Made by a program: the position numbers and the translations under genes. Under the pieces are notes generated by a model. The model was not told where the DNA came from, searched no databases, and worked only from the letters and a program-made list of their open reading frames with translations. Positions 50,206 to 64,000 of a DNA stretch of 64,000 bases are shown piece after piece. Position 1 is the first letter of the stretch. Every line of letters begins with the position of its first letter. The DNA is from Cirrosporium novae-zelandiae (lineage: Eukaryota), in the NCBI GenBank assembly GCA_026023565.1, contig JAPETS010000005.1, positions 186,001 through 250,000 of the forward strand. Direction: 5' to 3'.

Positions 50206-52570
50206 TTAGTCCTAGATCCGATATCTCACGAAGCTATACTGAGGATTCTAGAAGGAGGGCTAATATGACAATTGAGACTTCAGGAATAGCCCTCAAGTTA
50301 AGTAGGCTACGGAGGACGGTGACTCGTACGACTTGATAGGAACGGGATGGAAAAGTGATAACGAGGAAACAACGATGTACTTAGCCGTTTAGGATATGTC
50401 AAGCACGTCTTATCACGGGGCAATCACGGAGAGTTTTGTTGAACACACGATTATGGTGGAGCTGGTGGGAAACTAAGTATGTTACGTAGCACCATAAAAA
50501 AAGTTGATACAAATGAATTGTTTCTACATGAGACTTTGGTGGGAGAAGCTGCAGATTGACAAAGGATCGGTGAGAATAACAGCTATCATATCCAATGCTA
50601 TCATATGATTTGGGAGGAATCCTGGTGATCTGTTTTGATTGCAGGCAATAAGACAAAGTGAGTGAGCTGCTTGAAGTAGGTGGGCAAGCAGGCAGGCATG
50701 AGGGGTAAACGTTGGTGATCCCGATAGGCGGGCATGGCGGGGAGTTGTTTTGGGTTGAAGGAAAGCCTAAGTTACTGAGTTGAGTTGGAGAGTTTAAGAA
50801 AGAAACAGTCTGAGAGCCGTAACTGACTCTGGAAAGCGAAAGGAAAACATGAGAGGTTTAACACAGATCTGAACCAATACTTTGAAGGTGATCATTTTCC
50901 CCACAAAAAGGCATTGAAATCTTTTCAAGGAAACCCTTACCAAACAAAGCTTTCGGTGGCATCGATAACATCGATTTAGTCTGGACACGAGATCAAAAGT
51001 GAAGAGAAGAGCCATTTTCTGAGGTTGTTAGAGGTCGTCTGAGATGGACTAATGGGCTAAGGAAGGCCTAAGATATGGGGGTTCGGTTACCCCGTTAATC
51101 CAAAGCTTCCCGTGGCTTCTTTTTAGTCGTTTTCCCAACCTAAATGTAACCCCGATAGAATATTCTCTCTAATTGTAAATTGGAATTTCTAAAGATGAAA
51201 AGGCCGACTACCTCCTCTTTTGAACTGAACATTTGAAATAAATCAATGGCCCCGTGAACAGGCCGAATATGCATCATTTTTCTTTGCATAGTTATCTTGT
51301 CCTATTACATTCCTCAATCCTCAGGTGTGATAGCTGAAAGATGGAGGGGAAAATGTCCGGGATCCCTGTCAAGGGGTAGAGCACGTCAATCTGCCAGCGG
51401 ATGGTACGAGAATCCTTTTCTTCGATATGCCTAGGTAAGTAATCGAGAGGACAGAATCTCTATCCTGTCAGAGAAGAGGACGCGTACCTTGGATACACAA
51501 GTCAAGGATTTTGAGAATGGCGCCACTGTTACTGCTGAATGCGAAGTACTGTACCAGGCATTATTATGTTGATATTATTATTGTGAACATTTATGGATGG
51601 TCTTGTGAATGTTGTGAATTCCAGTTTGTTCTGCAGTACCGCAAACGGATAAAGTCGGGCTCCTCCTAAGCTTCAAGGGTTCAACAAATCAGATATCGAA
51701 TCAAAAGCCACACGCCGTGTTCTCTGATGTCATTTCTTTGAGTCTTGTCCATCAAGAGTAGAAGGGAACCTCAAACGTGAAAGCTCGGGAGCTTTGGATA
51801 TCGCAATATCTATCCTTTTCCTATTTGATCCAACCTCAGACTGACTGTAAATTGCCCCCCCCTCGTTGAGATGGATCGGTCCTAAATATCTGTTCCATAA
51901 GCTTGTACCACCCACACCCATTGTCTTTTTTTTTGTCTTACCTCTCTTACTTTACCGTCCAAGTTAATTACCGTCTGCCATCTGCATCTGTGCCGTCTTC
52001 GGGTCATGTTCAAGAAACCTGGTCATCCGCTTTGTTTTGGCTCATCAATAACCGGAGTACAGAGAGGCCTTACCCCTCCCCCAATCCCTCCTCCCTCCAA
52101 TTTGAGAATCGCGGTGTGCCCTTTAATTACCCCAGCTTTTTAGTTTTCTGTTACCCTGAATTTTCGGGATTCTTTCACTGCTTGCAGACTACAAACGTAT
52201 AGTTGGAAGCAGGAGTGACATGACCCTGTACCCTTAGCTATGGCGTGCTCAAGCACTACCTTTAGTACTCCCTCCGGGTCTAGAAAGCGTAGTGGTAGTA
52301 ATGTAAGTGACTTTTCAGTCTCCAATACAAGACTCTGCATCTACACCCTATCGACTTCTATTGCGTCTTACGGTTAATCTGCCCTACCACTTCCGATCAA
52401 TGCCATGTCGTTTCTGCTTTTGTGGTCCATTTTCAATAAAGAGTGGTCCTAGTTCATTAGTTGACTCGGGATATACCTTGAAGGATTCGTCTATAAGTGT
52501 TGAGAGGCTTCCCTTAATCGCCCATCCCGACAACGACTTGCAAAGTGAATACAGCCAAAAACATACAGAA

Positions 52571-54387
52571 ATGGGGAAGCGATTAGGTACTTTCAGGGCC
52601 TATTTCTTGGTCTGTGTCTGCTGCACAGGGTAAGGCTGCATCACCCTGCTTATTGAAATTGCACTGATTTTTTATAATAGTTCCTTCCTCTTCGCCTACG
52701 ACACAGGCATTGTTGGTTCGCAAACGACATCCCCCACCACAACACACATAAGCTAATCTTGATAGGCGGAATCTTGACTGAAGAGATATTCCAGAAAGAT
52801 TGGGGCTATTCCAGCGATGACGAGACAAGTGTCAACTCCAATTGCGTCAGTGTCCTACAAGCTGGTGCATTCTTCGGTTGCTTCATCGTTTGGCCAATTA
52901 CTTCACGATGGGGCCGCCGACTCTCACTCGCCCTTGCGTCTTTCGTTTTCTGCATCGGTAGTATCATGCAGGTTGTCAAGAGCCATTCCATGCCTGTCTT
53001 CTATGTTGGGCGAGTGATCAGCGGTCTTGGTGTCGGTGCAGCAACGGTACTAGTTCCAATATACTCGGCTGAGATGGCACCCAAGAACATAAGAGGAAAA
53101 CTGGGATCATTCTTCCAACTGTTTTTCGCACTTGGAGTCATGGTTTCTTACTGGGTTGATTACGGCGTCAAGAAAAATATTCCCGACACAGACTCGAAAC
53201 AATGGCAGATTCCTATCGGCTTACAATTCGTTCCTGGAGGTCTTCTTGGTTTTGGAATGTTGTTGTTGAAGGAGTCGACTAGATGGCTTGCAAAACAGGG
53301 TAGAATGGAAGAAGCACTTGAAAGTCTTATATGGGTTCGAGGGGGAGAGAATTCTCTAGAGGTCAAGGCTGAATTCGCGGAAATTCAACGGGGTATTGAA
53401 GAAGAAGTTCGTGCTACTGAAGGTGTGACTTGGAGGGAGATGTTGCTTCCTGCCAATCGTTATAGGTTGGTGTTTAAGAATCAGTACACTATTGATTATG
53501 CTAATATCTTTGGGTTCTAGGTTGTTCATTGCTTTCACGATGCAGCTCTGTCAGCAACTAACAGGAAATACTTCCCTGGCCTACTACGCCCCGCAAATAT
53601 TCTCGTCTGTCGGTGCATCTTATTCCTCTATGTTGGTTACAGGTATCTTCGGTGTCGTCAAGGTTGTCTCGGTATCTCTATTCTTCTTGTTTCTAGTTGA
53701 ACGAGTGGGAAGAAAATGGGCTTTTATGGGTGGTGCCTTCGCCATGGGATGCTTCATGCTTATTATCGGAGTAATCGATGTCACTAAAGATCCCAGTGCA
53801 GGAGATGGTATAACAAGCGCAGGAATCGCTTCAATCGCAATGATTTACTTGGAAGCTGCGTCTTACAACATGTCATGGGGTCCACTAGCATGGTAAGCCA
53901 TCCGTTCCTCCACAGTCTTGCAATAACTCACCGTTTGGTGAATAGGCTATACCTAGGGGAGATTTTCTCCAACCGAGTTCGTGATTTTGGTGTCGCTCTG
54001 GGAGCTGGAAGCCAATGGCTATGGAACTTCGTAATGTCACAAGTCACGCCACATGCTCTTGAAAATATTGGATGGAGGACATTCTTGATGTTCGCTATCT
54101 TCAATTACGCCAATGTCATATACGCATGGGTCTTCCTTAGAGAGGTATGTTAACCCTATCATTCTTCATTCATTCACGGGTACCTTGGTAGCTAATGGAT
54201 TTTGATATAGACCAAGGGTCGATCCTTGGAAGAAATGGAAATTGTTTTTAAGTCTGCAGAGACAGCGTTCGACGTTGAGGAGGTTCGTCGCAGGGCCATG
54301 GAAGGCGAGAGTGACAGCAAAGGATCAGACACCCAAGAAGATTCTCAGGAAATTACTCCAAAACTTTCGCAGCCAATCAGTCAATGA
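52571..54387 (+). CDS. MFS sugar-porter family transporter (quinate/hexose permease-like), 6 exons
   Basis: GSFLFAYDTGIVGG, SRWGRR, GRVISGLGVG, SAEMAPKNIRG, QQLTGNTSLAYYAPQIF, ERVGRK, SWGPLAW-LYLGEIF, E-TKGRSLEEM. Confidence 0.93.
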
Positions 54388-56364
54388 TAAGGCTATCATA
54401 CCCTGCTACACAAGCCTTTTCTGTATATTGCAGAAACATGCTTTTGCATACATTTGCAATGAGGAGTGGAGGCGTGGGCTGGTATAAGTATACACACATA
54501 CACAAACGGCATTTGTTAGGAGGATACCCATCATTTACGGTTGGAGTTGTTCCATCGGACTTGGTAACTAGGGAGTTTCTAAGGACAAAACTGAGGGTAG
54601 GACACTCGTGGTGCATTAGCTAGGATTTGATATCGTAATGATATCCCTGCTGCTATTGGTTTTTGGTATTTCTGTCCGCTGACGGACCCTCAACCTTCCT
54701 GCTCTAACACTGATAGCATGTATATATAGCTACTAACAATCTAGGACTCACATTATGTTCAACACGGTTGAACCCAGCATGAACGTACATGTTATAGGTT
54801 CAAGCATATCACGGAAGTTCATGATACTTTTGAATAAAATAGATTGAAGGTAAAGCGCGCAGAATATCGCTTCAAGCCGTAAGATAGTCAAAGCCCACCT
54901 TTCAACAATGATTCTATCAATTCTAAGCTTTCCCATGCAAGAACGAAGTCTATTCTAAGACCAGAATCCAATCTCAACGCAATGTCAGCGCATCACTAAT
55001 AGCAGCAATCTGCATCTTCACTTGTTTGATAATATGTTAATACAAATCAAGCTTTTTCTATAACAAACAACCCAACAATTAGATGAATTCCCAAGTTAAT
55101 CATCGAAAAGGGAAAAAAATCCCAGATTCTCAGAAGATCTTGAACATACGTTTGTTTGTAACAAATAAGATTTTTAATGGTTTGATATGAGCTCCAATAC
55201 ACTTTGAAACCCATTTTTAACAAAAACAACTCATTCATTCAAAATATCCATCCACTATCTACACTTTACCCATATACATACACAATTTCAAGCCTAATTG
55301 CCTAGTCAATAAATTAAAATCAAATACATCAAACTAATTTACTAATATAGACAACAAGCCAAAATTGGTGTTTGTTCGTTCGCAAATTGTTTATCTACAA
55401 CATCGCTTCCGCATCGCAAAAAATCACCACATCCCAAATTTAGCCAAGTTAACAGCTCCCAGAGAATTATTATTATTATTATTATTTCAGTTTGAAATTT
55501 TTACTAACTTACAAATGATTATGATAATAAGCATTGGGTTGTGTATGTGGTGTATAATGAAGTAGAGTTTTATTTGACACAACGTGCTTGGTTGGACACC
55601 ACCTCTATCGATATCTGGTAATAAGACCCCCCTTGCTCTTATCCTTGCGATTGAAAATAATTCCCATCCATCTAATTAATTACTCAAAGAAGGAATTTCC
55701 TAGCCACCTTCTTCCTTATCGCAAAATTTCCGAACGCCACAACGGTCAAGGATAGTAAGTAGTACTCATCACCTTGGTTCGACAAAATGACCCCGAGACC
55801 GAACCATTAGCGACGTTGAAATATGAAATTTACGAGCAAGCTTCATCAGTACTTGATACAGTAGACTATGGCATAAGAAATATATTTTCACCAAAGACCA
55901 ACTGATTAGTTCCAATTTCCAAATATTAATTTACTTGAAGGTGGTTGCCTCCCGGACGTAATTGAGGGCTTACCTTGGTTTCCAGACCCCACAGGGTGGC
56001 CTTTTCATTCATGGGAAAGATCTAGGCTACTACAAACAAGATGAAAATGTTTGGGCTTAGGATTGTAAGCACATCTAAGACTCAAAAGTTCTATATCATA
56101 CGAAAGTCACAAAAGAACATATTGAGCAAGTGAAGTTTCGTCTTTTAGCATAACCAACTACTCAATATTGTTCATAAATATATGTACACAGAATATTACA
56201 AAGGTACCCAGCCTTAGTCTATAAGATTCATCCTATCGACAAAACCGAAATATTTCCATTCATCTCCGTTCTACGAAGAATCCAATATTGGTACATCAAA
56301 CCAAAATTCATATTTCCCATATCTCTCTGCCTCGAGCTTTTTTCGGTTTTTTGGCTAAGCCATC

Positions 56365-57027
56365 TTAAGCCCTGAATCTGCGAGCACCACTGGGTACTGG
56401 CATCACTGTTGCGGTGGACAGGATGACAGCAGGTCCAGTTCCCGAGGGGAAACCCGTGCCGGTGGGGCCAGCATAAGGCATGGTGTTATTCCAGAATCCT
56501 CCGAAACCATAACTAGCGGCGCCAGTACCCATAGGGGCACCGCTAGAAGCATCAGTGCTAGATGCAGCAGAGGATACGGCCATGAAGTTTGCAGCGCTGA
56601 CGCTGGAAATAGCGGATGCAGCAGCCGAGGATGGATACACAGTCTTGTAGACGGTGTTGACATTAGTCTTAGTGATCGTAACGGCTCCACCGCAGGTTCC
56701 TGCTCCAGCGCCAGAGGTGCCGGCAGCAGCTTGGGCGGTAGATACGGACGCATAAGTGGATGCATCAGCGGAAGAGATAGCTGTTGCAGAAGAAGCGGCA
56801 GCGGAGGCAGAGGACGAAATAGTCAGTGTTTTGGTGCACTTGGCTTTGCCGGTACTATAAGCGGTGGCGGTCCCGAGGGAATATGGGCTGCTGCCATTGT
56901 TGATAGGCCAAGGAACGCTCATTGATGGAGCAGATCCAAGACCAGTTCCTGTGAGATAGCCCGATTGAGCGAGCACAGAGGGGGCAATGAGGGACAAAGC
57001 CGCAGCGAGGGTAGTAAAAGCGTGCAT
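56365..57027 (-). CDS. Secreted Ser/Thr/Ala/Gly-rich putative cell-wall protein, 220 aa
   Basis: Signal peptide MHAFTTLAAALSLIAPSVLA, low-complexity S/A/T body, and a CGGAVTITKT..TVYKTV motif. Confidence 0.8.
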   Translation of the reverse strand: MHAFTTLAAALSLIAPSVLAQSGYLTGTGLGSAPSMSVPWPINNGSSPYSLGTATAYSTGKAKCTKTLTISSSASAAASSATAISSADASTYASVSTAQAAAGTSGAGAGTCGGAVTITKTNVNTVYKTVYPSSAAASAISSVSAANFMAVSSAASSTDASSGAPMGTGAASYGFGGFWNNTMPYAGPTGTGFPSGTGPAVILSTATVMPVPSGARRFRA

Positions 57028-60000
57028 TTTGATTTGTTTCTTTTCGAAAAGGATAAAAGTCGTAAGTGGTTTTTCGTTTTAAGGATGAATAGACGTCTTA
57101 ATTCAGAAAGTTTGGTTCACAATGTAGATTTGTTTTGATATGCCGTCGAGGCTTTAGCAGGCAGAATAACCAACCAGGGTTCTTCTATACAAGTTTGAAA
57201 ATGAATGAATTCGGAAGTCAAGGGAGTGACTATGAAGCTCTTGGGTTGTGAATGAACTTTGAATGGTGAAAAGGAAAAAAAAGAAAAGGAAACAGGAAAC
57301 AGGAAGAGACGTTGTCATATATCTAACATGCTGTGCCGTTTGGGGGTATCATCCAAGGAAATCTTCCGCACAAATAATAAGGAACAACAAGCAATTGGCG
57401 AATCCCATAGGATTTTGCCTTGAACTGGGGGCATATCAAGCTCAAGGGGGGAATAGAACCGATGTATTCAACCGCCATGGAGGCCTCTTCCAATCGTATC
57501 GTCTCATTTTTGATGGTGGTGCAGCAAGCGGTCTGTAGATTTGACGGAGAAAGGATTGGAGGGAAGGTAACCGAATCAAAGGAAATTGAATGGAATATGG
57601 CCGAAATACTGTTTGAGGGAAGGTCCTGGTGGTTTCGATAAAGTCTGCAGACGATTTGCGATGTGTCTGGCAGAGTCTTCATCAACTTGAAACAATGTCA
57701 CTTTCCGAAGATCAAAGCTTGAAGGTCGGGCTAACAGTGGTGGGAACATGGGGCCACATGGGGGCACATTGGGAATATGGAGCTGCTCTGTATCTTGCTG
57801 AGTAGATCGTAGATTGAACATGGACTTTGATCCCAAGAATAATTGAATAGAGTAGAGTGTACATTTCATTTACATTGTGGGCAAGCAGAGAATATCATCA
57901 AGAGAACATGTAGGTTGGTGCGAATACATGCATAATACATAATTACATGTAATATACAACATGTTTCCAGTTGTTTTATGAATGGGTTAACCTCATACAA
58001 AATGTGCTCAAGCAACATCAGCACAATTCATCTGGATCAAGACCAAGGTTTCCAAAAGGTCCAAGTTCCAAGACTAGGGATTCGGTTCATAGTTTGGCCC
58101 GTAAAGGGCACGGGATTAACTGATAATAGAAACATGCATAAATCCTGGATGGCCTGAGTCCCAGCTCCACACTCTTTCCCTCCCACTGTACATTTTTCAC
58201 ACTTTTCATTAAACAAACATATAACGTAGTCTGATATCGCTTGCATAATTTTATCATGCTTTCCTGTTTCTTCAGAATTACTTGGAACATATATTAATAA
58301 TACGGGCCTGAATGGAACTTCTCCTTGGTATTGTTTTTATTAATTAGCATACCAAGTAGAAAGAAAATTCAAATTAATCCGCCTTTAACATTGTCAACAA
58401 ATGTTATTTTCCTTGCTGGTCCCCTGTCCACAACTACTTTTTATCATCTCTATGCCTCCTTTGCTTTTTGTGGTGGCACCAACTGAGCCATTCTTCAACG
58501 TCAGATCATCCCTTCAACTGTTTTCTACAAGGTACTTATATTGGTTGTGCGTAAGATGTGTCTTCATTCAATCTCCAAGGTCTTAGATGACAAAAACTAC
58601 AGATCAAATGTAGTTCTTATTTACTACTCGCTATTTTTCCTTCATTTCAACCCGACCGTTGCCTGGATCCTATTCGACAAACCTGATTACCCTACAAATT
58701 CGTTCGGTCATCTTAACCAGCATGCAAACCAGCATATAGTCCAATACCAAGTTCAGAGAACCATGAACCATGATTGTGACTAAGACGGATACGGCGGATC
58801 TCGGATTCCGAGACCAGTAGTCAGAGATGGTTGAGAGATTGTAAATGGGTCTGTGGGAAAGACTGTTGAAGGAAGATCCAAGACAGTAATGAACATGCGC
58901 GTTCTTGACGTGTGCTAATTGGCAAATCTATATATAGCTGCCAAGTACTCTCGTCCTCGAGAAGTGAGATATTCGCAGGTATGTGCTTACTTTTGGCTCA
59001 GCCAACGTTCGTGTGTTGACAAGTCGGGAAGATCCTTAAGTAGAATGACGTCTATGGCCTCAAAAACCCCGATATAATTTTGACTTAATCCAACAATCAT
59101 GGAACAACAGGCATAACCCTGGAATTGTAAATAGGAATGACGGGTACAGTATGTGCCGTTATAGACATTTGTAGTCAGCGGAAGTCGGATTAAACGTTGA
59201 TCAGCGATTTGGTCCTGGCTATGTGAAATCTAGGATTCAGAAAACGGTTCTCTGCTGACAGAAATATAGGATGGCATTGCTATGCAGTGAGAGGTTCTAT
59301 AAATATTAATTAGAAAACTCTGAAAACATTCATGTGAAGATTGCCTTTGGAAAAGTCTCAGGTACCTTGGATGGCAACTTGTGAATGGCTGCCGCCATAG
59401 CCGTTTGCCTGCAGGTAACAGAGGAAGCTCATTGCGTACATGGACTTACGAACTGCGAGTCTTCTTGGGAAGGCGATATTGATTCATTCGTTCAAGGTCT
59501 CGAACATTGAACCCACTGTGGCTTCTGCCATGGTCGGAACACGTATGCAGGTACGCGCTCTTGGGACACCTGAAAATCCAGGAACCAAAAGTCCATATTT
59601 ATGAGACAAAAAGATTTAGTGAATAAACTATCTTTGGACTTGCTAACTATTTATTTCCTATTCTCTTCTAATCCTAGTCTATCCCAATTTTGGGTCTATG
59701 GGTGATCAAGCCCATGGTCAATGGTCTACTGAATATCATTTCCCAAGAATCCCCTATTTGTTGAAAGGGGAGAGAATACACAACAGGGAAATCAACTGGA
59801 CAGCCTCATCTTGGAATGATTTATTTCCGAATCCACAGTTTGTTTATTACTACTGGAATATATGATTTATTTGATTTGGTGGCTTAAAGTTGTCGGCTAA
59901 AACATTGGTTAGTAGACCACACCGTCTTTCCTTGTCCTTCTTGGGAGACTTCTTGGAAGGTCGAATAGAATAGAAAGATGCTAAAGTGGATAACTTTTGG

Positions 60001-60301
60001 TGGCCCACCAATTGTTGGCCGAATCCCCGCCGTGCCAATTTCTCTTAGATCGCCATAGTTATCGCCCTTGTTGTATCTTTTTACTTAAGACCTTCATCCA
60101 TCCATCATCAGTTCTTCTTTTTTCTCTTTCTCTTATTCACTACCACATTCACTCTTTAATCAAACTAAAGCAACATCAACTGCGGTCTTCACCGGTTACA
60201 TTCTTTCCAGCGTACAACTGTCCATATTAATCTTACGAGAAATATATTCCGATTGCCGTTTTTTAAAAACACCAACTAAAAAGCCTCTCAACAAAATCAA
60301 G

Positions 60302-60814
60302 ATGCGTTTCTCTACCGTCGTCGCTGCTACCGCTGCCTTCGTGGCCGGTGCTCAAGCCCTTTCCAACAGCACTGCTTCTGCTGTTCTCTACACCACCGAG
60401 GTTGTAACTGCCTACACCACTTACTGCCCATATGCCACCACCATTGTTCACGGAAGCGAGACCTACACTGTATCTGAGGTGAGTTGGATATGAAATGAGA
60501 TAGGACCCTGGAGCTTTAATTAATATATGTTTTTTCAGGCCACCACTTTGACCATCACCAACTGCCCATGCACAGTCACAAAGGCTTTAGTCTCTGCTAC
60601 CGTTACCGCCTGCTCCACTTGCACTAGCGGAGTTGCCGCTGTCGGCACTGGATACTCATACAGCAACGGTACCGCCTCTGCCACCAAGTCCGTTTCCGCC
60701 AGCGGGACCGGCGCTTCTGCTGCTTCCACCTTCACCGGTGCTGCTAACAACGTTGTTGCTGGCGCTGGTGCTGGTCTCGCCGGTCTCTTCGCTGCTGCCG
60801 CCTTTGTCCTATAG
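60302..60814 (+). CDS. CCG-6/Mmc-like small GPI cell-wall protein; intron 60479-60538
   Basis: Signal peptide, YTTEVVTAYTTYCP..TYTVSE-ATTLTITNCPCT, and C-terminal FTGAAN...GLAGLFAAAAFVL GPI-type signal. Confidence 0.9.
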
Positions 60815-61751
60815 ATCAATTCGCCTTGGGACGTTTTCGGGGTTGTAAAGGGATAGACACGAGCATACTACGGTTTCCTTCTTGTACATTGTGATCCACC
60901 AAACTTCGGACCTTCTCATCATGGGTATACCCTCGGTTTTATCAGCTTAAGTGGTACGGGGTGTGCCTTTCGCGGAAATGGGCATCGCGGGGGCAGGCGC
61001 AAAACCGTTTGCTTCCAAAGTATAATTACAGTATGGATATGTAATTTTCGGTCAGGATTTTGTTCTTGGGGAGGCAGGCAAACATAAAGAGACACCCACA
61101 TGTGTGGAGAACTTATTTATTTTTTTTGGTGAGAGACATGGTGTTTTGGAATGCTACGGTTCATGCACAAACGAATATCTGAATACTGGACATACATAGA
61201 TACCTGTTTACTGTCAATTGAACATGACCTTCATTCCTACCTTTTCCATTGCCTATCGTAGAGAGGGGGACCCTTATCTACAGTCGTAGTAGTAGCAGCA
61301 GTTCTACTCCTCATACTTTAGTACAAGAAGGGAAACTCGTCACCATCAAAAAGCCTCAGATGATCCAAGTTCCATTAGTTCATCTCAGGGGTAAAACATC
61401 CCCAAACCGGTTTTCGGTCTCCTCGCTAATGCAAGCCACAGTGGGTCCATGCTAATCCTGGCATAAAACCTTAATTACGAGAGGTGTGTGGGTGGGAGCG
61501 CCACAAAAAGTACCTAACCCTACTACTGCAGGTCCATTACTATCGACCATGCATGTATTTTTCGCATCTACAGTAGATACAGTAATATTAAACGCTTGCT
61601 CGGGATAGCAATAAAATGTCTCAAGGTGGTATGAGTACTCTATGAATATGAATATGAATTTAATTATTTAGCTGTTGGTTGGTTTAGTAGTTAAGTGGGC
61701 AGTTAATTATTACTAACAGCCAATCTCCTAGAATAGATGCGAGGTTATGTG

Positions 61752-61862
61752 GGTAGGTAGGTAGGTAGGGCTATGGGCTACTAGTAAAGTCGGCGTGGGT
61801 TTCCCACGGATTCTTGCTTGCTTGCTTGCATGAACGATTGATTGATTGATTGATTGATTGAT
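61752..61862 (+). repeat. Cluster of tetranucleotide microsatellites (GGTA)n, (CTTG)n, (GATT)n
   Basis: Directly visible tandem units. Confidence 0.85.
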
Positions 61863-62963
61863 TTCCTTTTGGTCTTTCTTCTTCTTTTTCTGCGAGGTGG
61901 GGGGTTGTTATTGTAAGTAGGTAAGCCGGCGTTGAGACAGGATAGTTGGATGCGGAAATTATTTTTTTCCTTTTTCTTTTCTTTCCTTGCTGCCAGCCAG
62001 CTAGCCAGGCTGCTTGCATGTCCACCCAGAGTCCAGTTTCTTGAGAAACAAGAAGGTAGTGTAGATGTTTTAGAGAGAGGGGATGATGGTGGAGGGGGTT
62101 GGTTTCTCTTCTAGCTATGTAATCTTTTTTTTTTGGTCAAATACTACTAACATCAAAGCTATCAGTAAGTAGGATGTACTATGTGTATGTACGCATTCGT
62201 TGGTAGGTCTCTATCTGTCCGTTAAGGAAACAATACATATTTTCAGGCTAGCTGCGTGGAATAAGGAAACCCCCCCACTTTCCCATTGTATTGGGGTTGG
62301 GTGGTAGACTATCATGTTATATTATAATCCCCAAGGGCCCTCTTCTCCTCTCCGCAAAACTACTTCCCCTAGGATTAATGATATTGTAGATCTTGTAAAC
62401 TTTTCCGGTTCATTTTGTACGCTAATTTTTTTTTTACTTTTTGGGGGGCTATTATACAGATTCTGCATAGAAACATGAATGAGATGAGGCCCTGGCTTCG
62501 TTTTCCATGGCCTGACCTGAGTATTCTTGACAAGCAGGTATCTATCGCATCTCAAACCATGACTTCGAGAAGAAGAAGAAAAAAAAAAAAGAAAGAAAAA
62601 AGACCATCTGGACTAAGAGCAAGTGTACCAAAGATAAAAAATTGTCGTTTGTGGAGTCTGATCCTCCTGAGATATAGATAAACCAGTTTGTGCCAAGTTC
62701 AATCTACCGAGGCACTCATAGTTTCCTCCAATCCTCCTTGTCCCCTGCCTGCCTAGCAAACCATTAGTTTGTGAGTGAAAGATCAGAAGGGATGGAGGGA
62801 GGGCCTTACAGAAATGATTTGAATTTTAAGAAAAAGCCGTGGAGTAGTTGTTCAAATCGCCCGAAAACCCATCTGACCAGATTCCGTAAACCTTGATCAA
62901 CTAGACTCTGAGCCAAACGAGATGCTTGAATGCGTGGATGGTGTAGTGATATCTAGAAAGGCT

Positions 62964-64000
62964 TCATTTGATGCTTCTGGAGGCCCGGACACCTTTCCTC
63001 CCAAGCACTCTTGTGACCAAATCCTCTTTTCCTCGGGTCATGGAGTTTACCAAATCCCCTTTGATACTGCGGTGAATTTTTGAAGGCCAATAGTCAGGAT
63101 AGCCACGGTCGATGAATACCTTTTCGGCCTTGACGGTAGTGAGAGCTTGTAAGAACTTGTGATCGGTAGCCGCTACAGTTCTCTTTCCATGAAATCTCAT
63201 ATTAACAGTTTTAAGGCTTTTCCCGTACTTTCCAAGAAGTATGAGTAGGCTGAAAAGATGGTTGTCGTTTACAAAGCGGCGGTCATCGGCGAAGAGGCCT
63301 GGGGTATCGCTGATTGATGCGTCCTCAAAGTGAAGAGTGATGCTTCGAAGAAGACCGATGTTGCAGTTGTCGATATCACCAAGGAAGCGATAAACATCGG
63401 CCCATCCAACTTCAGTCCAGTTATTATCCCAGTAATTGCCACGACGACGAGCACACCTTTCTAGGTGAAAATGGTTTTCGCCATAGAGAATGGTGCGCCC
63501 CTCCTCATGAATTTGCTTGCAAGTGGCGAGAAAAGCGCTGCTCCGACTGAAGTTGGTACCACGACCGAAATCAACCTTTGTACCCTTGCCTCCAGCCATC
63601 AGCAGACGATAGACTTTGTTGCGCAACTCTGAGGGAAGCGATAGAAACCCAACTTTTGAAGATTTATCCTCTCCTACAACGGTGAAAACGTGCTTTATTG
63701 CTTGTGGAGCATGCAAAATGAATGACACGTTTTTGTCATCGAAAGTTTGAGACTTCTGTAGAACAAGCGACGCAAGGTCAAAATTGAGAACGATCCGACC
63801 AGAATATCCTTCAGGGAGCCCTCGACGAAGGTTCTCCACGATCAAATGGACTTGGGGCTCTTGTTCTGGCTGATCTTCCTCTGCACTGTACATGGTGATT
63901 GAGGCAATTTTTGCTGTTCCAAGCTCAAGTTGAGATGGAAGCTTCTTGAGCCTTTTGATTTCATGAGATTCTCCATCGTGATTCTTGCGTTTAGAGCCTG
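62964..64000 (-). CDS. F-box-like fungal protein, 5' end outside the window
   Basis: GFLSLPSELRNKVYRLL and AFLATCKQIHEEGRTILYGENHF motifs. The frame stays open upstream of the 63893 ATG to the window edge. Confidence 0.75.
   Translation of the reverse strand, partial: GSKRKNHDGESHEIKRLKKLPSQLELGTAKIASITMYSAEEDQPEQEPQVHLIVENLRRGLPEGYSGRIVLNFDLASLVLQKSQTFDDKNVSFILHAPQAIKHVFTVVGEDKSSKVGFLSLPSELRNKVYRLLMAGGKGTKVDFGRGTNFSRSSAFLATCKQIHEEGRTILYGENHFHLERCARRRGNYWDNNWTEVGWADVYRFLGDIDNCNIGLLRSITLHFEDASISDTPGLFADDRRFVNDNHLFSLLILLGKYGKSLKTVNMRFHGKRTVAATDHKFLQALTTVKAEKVFIDRGYPDYWPSKIHRSIKGDLVNSMTRGKEDLVTRVLGRKGVRASRSIK

Overview
Intron-rich genomic DNA from a filamentous ascomycete (Pezizomycotina-type GT..CTRAC..YAG introns; the exact taxon cannot be fixed from sequence alone). 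About 22 protein-coding genes can be reconstructed by hand. Two of them, ribosomal protein eL42 and NEDD8/Rub1, are missing from the ORF track because their exons are tiny. The others are a 2H phosphoesterase, elongin A, an MCT-type MFS transporter, a GNAT, a secreted PEBP, a PTH11-like membrane protein, glyoxalase I, a flotillin, a MARVEL protein, a Num1/ApsA-family PH protein, Ras2, propionyl-CoA synthetase, a Cys-type sulfatase paired divergently with a sugar-porter, two cell-wall proteins, an F-box-like protein and hypotheticals. There is also a haloacid dehalogenase pseudogene. No tRNA, rRNA, CRISPR or intact transposon was recognised. The strongest observations are: (1) a U45-like box C/D snoRNA candidate in the first eL42 intron, with two elements complementary to adjacent 18S rRNA sequence; (2) an otherwise intact MARVEL gene broken by one in-frame UAG (editing/readthrough candidate or recent null); (3) an upstream presequence-like exon of glyoxalase I, where 3' splice-site choice gives either a fusion or a uORF; (4) NEDD8 encoded without a C-terminal propeptide; (5) a flotillin whose ATG is split by an intron and which carries 4 x 99-bp repeats. 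All gene models are manual and were not checked against databases or RNA data.
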